From Chitinophaga sp. (lineage in GTDB: Bacteria; Bacteroidota; Bacteroidia; Chitinophagales; Chitinophagaceae), in NCBI RefSeq assembly GCF_039596135.1, contig NZ_JBCNKH010000001.1, forward strand, positions 330,781 through 394,780: a DNA stretch of 64,000 bases, written 5' to 3'. The position numbers were made by a program, and so were the translations under genes. Of the stretch, positions 28,964 to 36,623 are shown one piece after another. Each line of letters begins with the position of its first letter. Within the stretch, counting starts at the first letter, position 1. Under the pieces are notes generated by a model. That model had not been told where the DNA came from, searched no databases, and saw only the letters and a program-made list of their open reading frames with translations.

Positions 28964-31087
28964 TTAAAAGAATTTAGCACGATTGTCTTCAATCTTATTC
29001 AGTTTCTTCAGCACTTCATACAGCTGACCACCCTGATCCAGTGTACCTTTCACAGTTTGCTCATACTGAGTTGCGATAGAAACAGGATCCAGACTCTGCG
29101 TATTTGGTACGAAGTTGTCAACCTTCACTACATACACACCCGCGTTACCTTCAATTGGTGCGGTTACTTTACCCACACCCCATGCTTTATTGAAGATAGC
29201 ACCTACTACTCTTGGTTCAAAACCCATAGAAGCAATAAATGGAGTAGAGAAATTTACATTGTCAGCTTTCAGCTGAGGCTGATTTACAGCAGCGGCAGCA
29301 GCTTCCAGGGTAGCTGGAGATTTCAGCTTAGCAATCAGCTGCTCAGCTTTCTTCTCTTTCTTCACCAGTCCTTCTACTTCCGGTCTTACTTCATCCAGCG
29401 TTTTAGTACCTTCTGCACGGATACCAGTCAATACAGCTACTACATATTTACCATCGAAGGTGAACACAGTGCTCACATCACCTTTCTTAGCATCGTAAGC
29501 CCAGCGAACCAGTTCACGTGCCTGGCCAATACCTGGAATTACGAAATCCATCGGACGGAGATTATCAGCAATACGTTTGTTCAGACCTTTTTCCTGAACA
29601 GTCTTTTCGAAAGTCTTTGCATCGTGGTTCTGTGCAGCAAATTCATTGGCTGCAGCATAAGCTTTGCTATCAGTTTCATTGCTCGCTTCAACTGGTTTAC
29701 CCAGGTAAGCTACTTTCAGCGCAGGGCCAAAGTTCTTCTGGCTCATAATCTGGATCAGGTGATAGCCAAACTGAGTTTTTACCACTTTCAGTTCGCCAGT
29801 TTTACCATCCAGCGCAAAGTTTTTGAATTCAGGAACGAAGGAAGAAGACGGAGTTACATCATATTCACCGCCATTTTCTTTGCTACCTGGATCATCAGAG
29901 TACTGAGAAACCAGGGCTTTGAAGTCTGCGCCGCCTTTTACAGCTGATTCGATGCTATCGATACGGATCTTAGCCAGGGAATCAGACAGACCACCAGGGT
30001 TCTGAGGATTAGCAGAAGCAATTAATATATGACGCACCTTTACGCTATCTGGTAAAGTTTTGCGATCCATCATCTTTGCGTATACGATCAGGTTGTTGTC
30101 GTAATAAGGTCCAAACGTGCTACCTACTGGCAGACTAGCGATGGTATCTTTCTGAGGAACCATCAGTGCGGATTTAGCAACATAACCATCAAAGTATGGA
30201 ATATCGGAATTGCGTTTTACGAAGTTTTCGATGCCCGCAACACCGGTAGTATCCATTTCATCTTTTGCTTCGAGCAATACTTTCAGTGCAGCAGCAGTAT
30301 CCTGTGCGGAAGGCAGTGCATTGAAAGAGATATAGTCTACACGACGACCTTCTTCTGATTTGAAGTTAGCCTTATGTTTATTAATATATGCATTCAGTTC
30401 GCCATCGGTTACCGCGATAGTAGAATCCGGGATAGATGCATATGGAACAGATACATAAGATACGTTTGCAAACTGTGAATTATCTTTTATCTGAGCTTCA
30501 GCCAGCCATTTAGGATAATATACGCCACCTTTAATGAGGGATACATATTTTTCCTGCATTCTCGACCTTACAATATAGCTTTCCATTTGTTTCAGCGCAT
30601 TTCTCATTCTGCCGGTCTGATCCTGACCTACAGAAGACAGTGCCTGCTGTAAAGCAGCGCGGTCAAACTGACCAGTTTTTCTGTCTGTGAACTGCTGTAA
30701 TACAATTGGGTTCGGTTCTTTACCATTGAACTGATCTACCAGTTCATTTTCAGTTACCTGAATACCCAGTTTATCATACTGGGCAGTCATGATTTGTTCG
30801 CTCACGAACTGGTTCCAGGCCTGCTCACGCGCATACTGCTGAACTTGTTCATTCAGGGTACCGGTTGGGCTTTGCTGACGTGCAGCAGCTTCGGCATCCT
30901 GGATCATTTGCTGATACTGGGTGAAATCTAACTCTTCACCATTTACTTTACCCACTGTAGTAGAGCGGCGCATGAGGGAGTTTCTGCCGAAAAAGGCATC
31001 CTGCAGCAGGAAACTGACAATAGCCACGCAGATCACTACTACGATCACCACGGCATATTTATCCCTGATCTTCTGAATAACTGACAT
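28964..31087 (-). CDS. membrane-anchored peptidylprolyl isomerase / periplasmic chaperone (PpiD/SurA-like)
   Basis: 707 aa with an N-terminal TM anchor. SurA_N-like chaperone regions flank a parvulin segment (VRHILIAS ... FGYHLIQ). Confidence 0.8.
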   Translation of the reverse strand: MSVIQKIRDKYAVVIVVVICVAIVSFLLQDAFFGRNSLMRRSTTVGKVNGEELDFTQYQQMIQDAEAAARQQSPTGTLNEQVQQYAREQAWNQFVSEQIMTAQYDKLGIQVTENELVDQFNGKEPNPIVLQQFTDRKTGQFDRAALQQALSSVGQDQTGRMRNALKQMESYIVRSRMQEKYVSLIKGGVYYPKWLAEAQIKDNSQFANVSYVSVPYASIPDSTIAVTDGELNAYINKHKANFKSEEGRRVDYISFNALPSAQDTAAALKVLLEAKDEMDTTGVAGIENFVKRNSDIPYFDGYVAKSALMVPQKDTIASLPVGSTFGPYYDNNLIVYAKMMDRKTLPDSVKVRHILIASANPQNPGGLSDSLAKIRIDSIESAVKGGADFKALVSQYSDDPGSKENGGEYDVTPSSSFVPEFKNFALDGKTGELKVVKTQFGYHLIQIMSQKNFGPALKVAYLGKPVEASNETDSKAYAAANEFAAQNHDAKTFEKTVQEKGLNKRIADNLRPMDFVIPGIGQARELVRWAYDAKKGDVSTVFTFDGKYVVAVLTGIRAEGTKTLDEVRPEVEGLVKKEKKAEQLIAKLKSPATLEAAAAAVNQPQLKADNVNFSTPFIASMGFEPRVVGAIFNKAWGVGKVTAPIEGNAGVYVVKVDNFVPNTQSLDPVSIATQYEQTVKGTLDQGGQLYEVLKKLNKIEDNRAKFF

Positions 31088-31233
31088 ATATTATATAGTC
31101 TAAATTTTTTAAGGAAAGCAAAAATAGAATAAAATAACTGTAACTACAAAACAGTTTTTTTTGGCTCAAACCCAATACAGTAAAGGGTTTCATCGAAAAT
31201 TACGGTATAAGTATTTTATCTTTCATTCACAGG

Positions 31234-31242
31234 TTATCCACA
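31234..31242 (+). promoter_or_regulatory. perfect DnaA box TTATCCACA
   Basis: Exact 9-mer. Preceded by TCATTCACA (31223-31231) with a 2-nt spacer. Confidence 0.6.
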
Positions 31243-31457
31243 TTAAGGTTAAAAAAGACAGTATTGTATACACTCTAAACCAGCTCCCAGAGGTCCGCTA
31301 CTGACGTTTATTTCGGGCTTAAACCACTTAACGATTTTAAGGGTTCAATATTCACATTTTAGATTGTCCAGATTCTTGATTCACATCTAAATGTGTACAA
31401 AAGTGAAAGTAAAACTAAAAATGGGAAATGCATAGAGAAATAATTTTTGAGCTCGTT

Positions 31458-31466
31458 TTATCCACA
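31458..31466 (+). promoter_or_regulatory. perfect DnaA box TTATCCACA
   Basis: Exact 9-mer in the 767-bp non-coding region upstream of nadA. Confidence 0.6.
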
Positions 31467-31854
31467 TGACCTGTTAAAAAACCGGCCTTTTGTGTTCAAT
31501 AACCTCTGAAAAACCCAGGTTCGATGACCGTAAAACTAAATTTGTTATTTCTTTAAATGTTGGTCTGAAGAAAAAATGGCTCGTTTTGTGAATTGTTATA
31601 CCCTGTAGTTAACATTTTTTTAATACTGGATACTCAAACAAAATATTCACGCAATACGAAATCCACCGATGTGGATATAAGTAGCAAAAATCAATGCTAT
31701 GGCCGAAATGGGCTGTTAATTTCATGTGAATAGAACAGGCAAAAAGAATAACAACTACATTTGTACACGGTGGCAAAAATTACTTTCCCCATATTCACAG
31801 CCCTAATAGTAGTGGGTTTTTCTTTTTTAAAAAGAATAAATTATAAATATAGAT

Positions 31855-32862
31855 ATGATAAGGGAGCTCGAAATCGCAAAAAAAGATTTGCAACGAAAAG
31901 GTTTTTTGGATTTGCCGGTCAATTCGCATTTAGATCTTTTTGAGGAAATCGAAAGATTGAAAAAAGAAAAAAATGCAATCGTCCTCGCGCACTATTATCA
32001 GGAACCAGATATTCAGGATGTAGCAGATTATATCGGTGACAGTCTCGGACTTAGTCAACAGGCTGCCAAAACCGATGCTGACATAATCGTTTTTGCCGGG
32101 GTGCACTTTATGGCCGAAACCGCAAAAATTCTGAGTCCGCAAAAAAAGGTGCTCTTACCCGACCTGAAAGCGGGTTGTTCACTGGCTGACAGCGCACCTC
32201 CGGAGCTGTTCCGCAAGTTCAAAGAAAAACATCCGGACCACCTGGTTATTTCCTACATCAACTGTTCTGCCGGGATTAAAGCACTCAGCGACATCATTTG
32301 TACCTCATCTAATGCCGAAAAGATCATCGAGAGCGTACCGAAGGACCAGCCGATCATTTTTGCCCCCGACAGGAATTTAGGGGCTTATTTGGCCAAAAAA
32401 ACGGGTAGAAACATGTTGCTCTGGAATGGTGCCTGCATGGTTCACGAGATCTTCTCCCTGGAAAAGATCTCCCGACTCAAAATTCGCCATCCAAAGGCCA
32501 AGGTGCTGGCACATCCGGAATGTGAGGCAGCTGTACTGGAAGTAGCTGACTATATAGGCTCCACTACCGGTATCCTGAACTTTTCCAAAAAGGATGACGC
32601 CAGGGAATACATCGTGGTGACTGAAACAGGGATCCTTCATCAGATGCAGAAAGAAAATCCGGGCAAAACTTTTATACCGGCACCGCCCAACAATGCCTGT
32701 GCTTGTAATGACTGTCCGCACATGAAACTTAATACGCTGGAAAAGCTTTACCTGTGTATGGAATACGAACAGCCGGAAATCACTATGAACGAACAACTCC
32801 GTATAGCGGCCAAAAAGCCCATTGAAAGGATGCTGGAGATTAGTGCCCAGGCTGGTTTATAA
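31855..32862 (+). CDS. nadA: quinolinate synthase
   Basis: 335 aa. Motifs [29 protein letters not shown] and the Cys ligand region CNDCPHMK. Confidence 0.95.
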   Translation: MIRELEIAKKDLQRKGFLDLPVNSHLDLFEEIERLKKEKNAIVLAHYYQEPDIQDVADYIGDSLGLSQQAAKTDADIIVFAGVHFMAETAKILSPQKKVLLPDLKAGCSLADSAPPELFRKFKEKHPDHLVISYINCSAGIKALSDIICTSSNAEKIIESVPKDQPIIFAPDRNLGAYLAKKTGRNMLLWNGACMVHEIFSLEKISRLKIRHPKAKVLAHPECEAAVLEVADYIGSTTGILNFSKKDDAREYIVVTETGILHQMQKENPGKTFIPAPPNNACACNDCPHMKLNTLEKLYLCMEYEQPEITMNEQLRIAAKKPIERMLEISAQAGL

Positions 32863-32912
32863 TTTAAAATATTGAAATTCAAATAGTTACGAAATAATTA
32901 TTTGAATGGAAG

Positions 32913-32942
32913 ACCCGGTTATTCATTTAACCGGGTTTTTTT
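32913..32942 (+). terminator. intrinsic terminator of nadA
   Basis: Stem ACCCGGTT/AACCGGGT followed by TTTTTTT. Confidence 0.8.
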
Positions 32943-33082
32943 GTGCCCATGAATGCCCTGTAGTTTTACTATACTATATATAATGGTGGGGATATCTATG
33001 GGATTAAATTGTGGAAGGCTTCCTGAATGAACCGCTTGAGAATTGAATAAAATTTCAATGCCTGGGGGTTGGTAGGGTATAT

Positions 33083-33189
33083 TTAATTCTCAGGGCCTTC
33101 ACAAATGCAGATTATATACCCCTTTATCCACAGTTCATTCACAGAATGTGAAAATTAAGACTGAAAATAAAAATGAAGGCGCTGAGAAT
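33083..33189. repeat. 107-bp repeat unit A bounded by inverted TTAATTCTCAGGGCCTTCA / TGAAGGCGCTGAGAAT arms
   Basis: Aligns along its length with unit B (shared TTTAATTCTCA..GCCTTCA.AAA.GCAGAT ... TTATCCACA ... TGAAAATAAAAATGAAGGC.CTGAGA). Confidence 0.75.
33124..33132 (+). promoter_or_regulatory. perfect DnaA box TTATCCACA
   Basis: Exact 9-mer. Followed by TCATTCACA (33135-33143) after a 2-nt spacer. Lies inside 107-bp repeat unit A. Confidence 0.6.
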
Positions 33190-33580
33190 CGCGTAGAATT
33201 ATTCTGTTCCGCCCATTGTCGACTTCGCTTCATTCTAAAGCCCTTCAATTACAATTTTACTTTTCTTATTAACAAAATTCTTACACGTCCCCTATGTGTA
33301 TAATGAAATCAATAGGTAATTGACATATGATGTGTATTACCCTATAATTAAATGTGAAAGTATTGTTGAATGAAGGCCCTGAGATTTTAATGGAAAACGC
33401 AAACAAGGGTAGGGTAGTGTTTGTTTAATTCTCAGGGGCTTTAAAAAAGAAGGCTTTATAGTTGCGATGAAATTTGACTATCTGGGGTGCAATAAATGTC
33501 ATTAAATTCTCAGGGTGTTCGTGTATAAAGGGCGTGAGAATTATGTGGAAATGTTAATAATGGGAATTGAAGAGGTCTAT

Positions 33581-33687
33581 TTAATTCTCAACGCCTTCAT
33601 AAAAGCAGATATTTTCCACTATTATCCACATTAAATTAACAAAGCGCGAGAAATAAATTGAAAATAAAAATGAAGGCCCTGAGAGTT
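33581..33687. repeat. 107-bp repeat unit B bounded by inverted TTAATTCTCAACGCCTTCA / TGAAGGCCCTGAGAGTT arms
   Basis: Homologous to unit A, with the same length and a central DnaA box. Confidence 0.75.
33622..33630 (+). promoter_or_regulatory. perfect DnaA box TTATCCACA
   Basis: Exact 9-mer. Preceded by TTTTCCACT (33612-33620). Lies inside 107-bp repeat unit B. Confidence 0.6.
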
Positions 33688-33800
33688 ACGCACAGTATGA
33701 TCAACTGGGTATAACCCGGACTATTTGATTCTCAGGGCTTTCAAATATGAAATTAGTCAGTGCCTTTTTCCACAAATGTGGGTAAATGCCTATTCACAAT

Positions 33801-34499
33801 TCACAAAAGTCCACCGTTTACATTGAGCACTGTACCGTTTATGTATGAATTATGCACAACTGTTTCGATGAGGTTAGACACATCCTGTGGATTACCTATT
33901 CTGCCTACAGCGATACCCTGTGCGTAGTTTTCAAAGGCAGCGCTTTTCTCCTCCTTGTTCAGAAAATTCCACCAATCGGTGTCAATTACACCTGGTGAAA
34001 CGGCATTGATGCGTAATGGTTTCAATTCCTTGGCGAGGATAGGTACCATCAATTCCAGGGCGCCGTTGATGGCTGCCAGACCGGCTGTACCTGGTAGTTT
34101 GGCTGTGGAAGATGCTGCTGTGATGATAGTAATGCTCCCATTTTTGTCTAGCCAGGGAAGTGCGGCCTGAATTGTTTGCAGGTGTGGCCAGAATTTGCCT
34201 TCAAACCCGGCACGCAGATCCTCCAGGTCTAATGTGGCGAATGGGCCGCCTCCTTTGGCACTGCTCAGGGTAAGGATCAGGTGATGAAATTGGCCATTCC
34301 GGGTAAAGAACTCTTTCAATGCAGTAACATTAGCACTATCTAAAGAGACAGCAGTGATACCGGGGGCTGCCGTTCTGGCTGCAGCTAGTTTTTCTTCACT
34401 ACGACCGGTGACTGTTACTGATGCACCTTTATCGGCAAGCAATTTTGCGGTAGCAAGTCCAATTCCGGATGTACCACCGGCGATGATTATTTTTTCCAT
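33801..34499 (-). CDS. SDR family oxidoreductase
   Basis: 232 aa with a Rossmann motif AGGTSGIGLATAK and short-chain dehydrogenase length and layout. Confidence 0.8.
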   Translation of the reverse strand: MEKIIIAGGTSGIGLATAKLLADKGASVTVTGRSEEKLAAARTAAPGITAVSLDSANVTALKEFFTRNGQFHHLILTLSSAKGGGPFATLDLEDLRAGFEGKFWPHLQTIQAALPWLDKNGSITIITAASSTAKLPGTAGLAAINGALELMVPILAKELKPLRINAVSPGVIDTDWWNFLNKEEKSAAFENYAQGIAVGRIGNPQDVSNLIETVVHNSYINGTVLNVNGGLL

Positions 34500-34580
34500 T
34501 TGTACGTATTGTTTGTTTCAACCGTACAAAGTTGCAAAAGGAAGGAGGGAAGAAATTGTTCGGATGATGCGGAAAATTGA

Positions 34581-35498
34581 TCAGATCATGCTTCTGTAAT
34601 GAAGTGGGGTATTCCCGGTCAGTTTGCGGAAGAAATGATTGAAGGCAGCTGGTTCGCTGAAGTCTAACTGATAAGCAATTTCTGAAATAGAGAGGGCGGT
34701 ATTTTGTAATAATACTTTTGCTTCCTGTACCAGCATTTCCTGGATAGCATCTGAAGCGGTGCGGCTGGTAGTATTTTTTATCACCCGGTTTAGGTGGTTT
34801 GGAGTAACGTGAAGCATACGGGCATAATCGCTCACTTGCCGGTATTGTAAGAAGTGCTGGCTCACCAGTTTATAAAATCGGGTGACCATATGGGTAGTTG
34901 CCGGGCCATCATTAACAGGTAATTGTCTTTCATAAGATCTCCTGGCGGTCAAAAGCAGAAGGTAAGCGTACATTTTGATAGCGGTCAGTTTACCTGAGTG
35001 GTCCGCCTTTAGTTCAGCATCTATCTTATTTATAAAAGTTACTATTTCGTTGATTTCCTGTTCGTTGCATTTTAATAACTGGGAACCTGAATAGTTATAG
35101 AACGGAAATTCAGCACCCATTTGTACATGTGGGAGCAGATCCTGGAGAAAGGAGGGTTCGAATAATATATAATAGCCAAAGATATCGGCACTGGCATTGG
35201 ATTTACTGTGTACCTGTCCTGGGATAGAGAAGGTTAGACTAAAAGGTTCCACATCGAAATGTTCCAGCCCTAGTTGCATATGGATATTTCCCTGCAGGAT
35301 AATACCAACTCTGTAGAAAGTAGATTTTGCCGGACCATAATCCGGAATCATGCCTTCGGATGAGTACAATTCAAATCCAGGGATCTGCTGTTGTACTGGT
35401 AGGTTGTTATATCCAAAGATCACATTGGAGGAGGTGCGGTGACGTTCCTTATGGAATGGATCCAGGTGATGGGTGGGCAAGGAATTGGATGAGGGCAT
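34581..35498 (-). CDS. AraC family transcriptional regulator
   Basis: 305 aa. C-terminal double HTH (VSDYARMLHVTPNHLNRVIK ... IAYQLDFSEPAAFNHFFRK). Confidence 0.85.
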   Translation of the reverse strand: MPSSNSLPTHHLDPFHKERHRTSSNVIFGYNNLPVQQQIPGFELYSSEGMIPDYGPAKSTFYRVGIILQGNIHMQLGLEHFDVEPFSLTFSIPGQVHSKSNASADIFGYYILFEPSFLQDLLPHVQMGAEFPFYNYSGSQLLKCNEQEINEIVTFINKIDAELKADHSGKLTAIKMYAYLLLLTARRSYERQLPVNDGPATTHMVTRFYKLVSQHFLQYRQVSDYARMLHVTPNHLNRVIKNTTSRTASDAIQEMLVQEAKVLLQNTALSISEIAYQLDFSEPAAFNHFFRKLTGNTPLHYRSMI

Positions 35499-35528
35499 GG
35501 GTCGATATTTTTGAGAAGAAGGATATCT

Positions 35529-35768
35529 TTAGGAGAGTTCTTCTACCCAGATATAATCTGCTTCTGTTTTACGGAGGGAAAGATTATATCCAGCAACCAT
35601 GATTGAGATGGGATCTCCAAGAGGTGCAATTTTTTCAATCTTTACTGTTTCACCGGGCACACATCCCATTTCCATTAATTTGATATGCAAGTCATCACTT
35701 TCGAAAGCAGTAATTACGGCACTTTTTCCTATGGCAAGGGTGGACAATTTAATCGCACTTTTTTTCAT
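35529..35768 (-). CDS. feoA: FeoA family protein
   Basis: 79 aa SH3-like FeoA pattern (LSTLAIGKSAVITAF ... LMEMGCVPGETVKIE ... PISIMVAGYNLSLRKTEA). Confidence 0.8.
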   Translation of the reverse strand: MKKSAIKLSTLAIGKSAVITAFESDDLHIKLMEMGCVPGETVKIEKIAPLGDPISIMVAGYNLSLRKTEADYIWVEELS

Positions 35769-35898
35769 CTCATGTGGTGTTTAATCGATGGTGCAAAGGT
35801 ACTGGCTACTGGGGAGACCCCCAAAGATAGTGTGCTGTTAATCAGAAATTTCACTATACTTTTACATATAGAATTACATTATAAAACAGCGGTGGTAT

Positions 35899-36330
35899 AT
35901 GGCGATCAATTTTACTTCCCATGAGGTAAAGGTAAACCTAAAAAATAAGACCAGGTTAAAGGCTTACATTAAGGAGAAGTTTGCAAGGGAGGGGCAACAA
36001 CTTAAGAACTTGCAGTATGTGTTTTGTTCAGATGATTATCTTTTAGAGATCAATCAGCAGTTTTTGCAGCATGATACTTATACAGATATTGTAACTTTTG
36101 AATTGGGTACTGATCCAAAGGTTACAGAAGGGGAGATCTATATAAGCATAGATAGAGTAAAGGATAATGCAGAGAAATTTAAGGTACCTGTGGAACAAGA
36201 GTTGCACAGGGTGATTTTTCATGGTGCACTCCATTTATGTGGGTATAAGGATAAGTCAAAGGAGCAGTCGGCTACTATGAGGGCAAAGGAAAATGAATGT
36301 TTGACGGAATATTTGGGTGTGTTACTATAG
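35899..36330 (+). CDS. ybeY: rRNA maturation RNase YbeY
   Basis: 143 aa with the zinc-site motif HRVIFHGALHLCGYKD. Confidence 0.9.
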   Translation: MAINFTSHEVKVNLKNKTRLKAYIKEKFAREGQQLKNLQYVFCSDDYLLEINQQFLQHDTYTDIVTFELGTDPKVTEGEIYISIDRVKDNAEKFKVPVEQELHRVIFHGALHLCGYKDKSKEQSATMRAKENECLTEYLGVLL

Positions 36331-36573
36331 ATGTTCCACGTGGAACATTTTAAAATTTGTTAAGGGCTACCTCATAGAGGTAGCCTTTTTTATTGCAACT
36401 TCAACATAGCTATAGTCTGGTCTTAGTGCCGAAAGATCACCAATAGATCACCAAAAGGTCACCTCAATATCCCCGGGATATTGAGGTGACCTTTTGGTGA
36501 TAGGTTAGTGCGCTAGTTATGGTAAGACTATGCTATAGTTAGCATATAGTTTTAAATGTTCCACGTGGAACAT
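36331..36573. repeat. nested inverted-repeat element between ybeY and mnmG
   Basis: The identical 18-bp palindrome ATGTTCCACGTGGAACAT occurs at 36331-36348 and 36556-36573. With TTTAAAA flanks these form about 24-bp inverted termini. A central perfect 26-nt-arm hairpin lies at 36448-36500. Confidence 0.8.
36365..36392 (+). terminator. intrinsic terminator of ybeY
   Basis: Stem GGCTACCT/AGGTAGCC with a short loop, then TTTTTTATT. Confidence 0.75.
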
Positions 36574-36593
36574 AATATGTGCGTCCTTGGTTG

Positions 36594-36601
36594 TACCTTT
36601 G
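36594..36601 (+). promoter_or_regulatory. possible Bacteroidota -7 promoter box (TAnnTTTG) for mnmG
   Basis: Exact TACCTTTG, 23 nt upstream of ATG 36624 and 21 nt downstream of the second ATGTTCCACGTGGAACAT palindrome. Confidence 0.35.
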
Positions 36602-36623
36602 CATTTCTATTATAAATAAAGTT

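Larger units (their letters stand above)
33028..33743. repeat. array of about 10 copies of the motif TTAATTCTCAGGGCCTTCA in alternating orientation
   Basis: Forward copies at 33083, 33425, 33502, 33581 and 33725. Reverse copies at 33028, 33174, 33371, 33528 and 33671. Some copies are degenerate. Confidence 0.75.
31088..33800. other. candidate bipartite replication origin (two DnaA-box-rich non-coding regions flanking nadA)
   Basis: Two non-coding regions of 767 bp and 938 bp. Four perfect and at least five one-mismatch DnaA boxes, plus AT-rich tracts. mnmG/gidA lies nearby. Confidence 0.4.

Noticed and set aside
29057-29947. 296-aa plus-strand ORF inside the PpiD-like gene
   Set aside because: Shadow ORF. 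The minus-strand frame has the TM anchor and parvulin motifs.
31700-31854. NAD+ riboswitch (nadA motif) upstream of nadA, and a pnuC-type NAD riboswitch upstream of pnuC
   Set aside because: I could not find the tandem stem-bulge domains with the conserved C-rich bulge. The region is mostly AT-rich with DnaA-box-like sequences. Only an Infernal scan could settle this.
33028-33743. CRISPR array
   Set aside because: The repeats alternate in orientation, are only 16-19 bp, have irregular spacing (8-180 bp), and no cas genes are present in the window.
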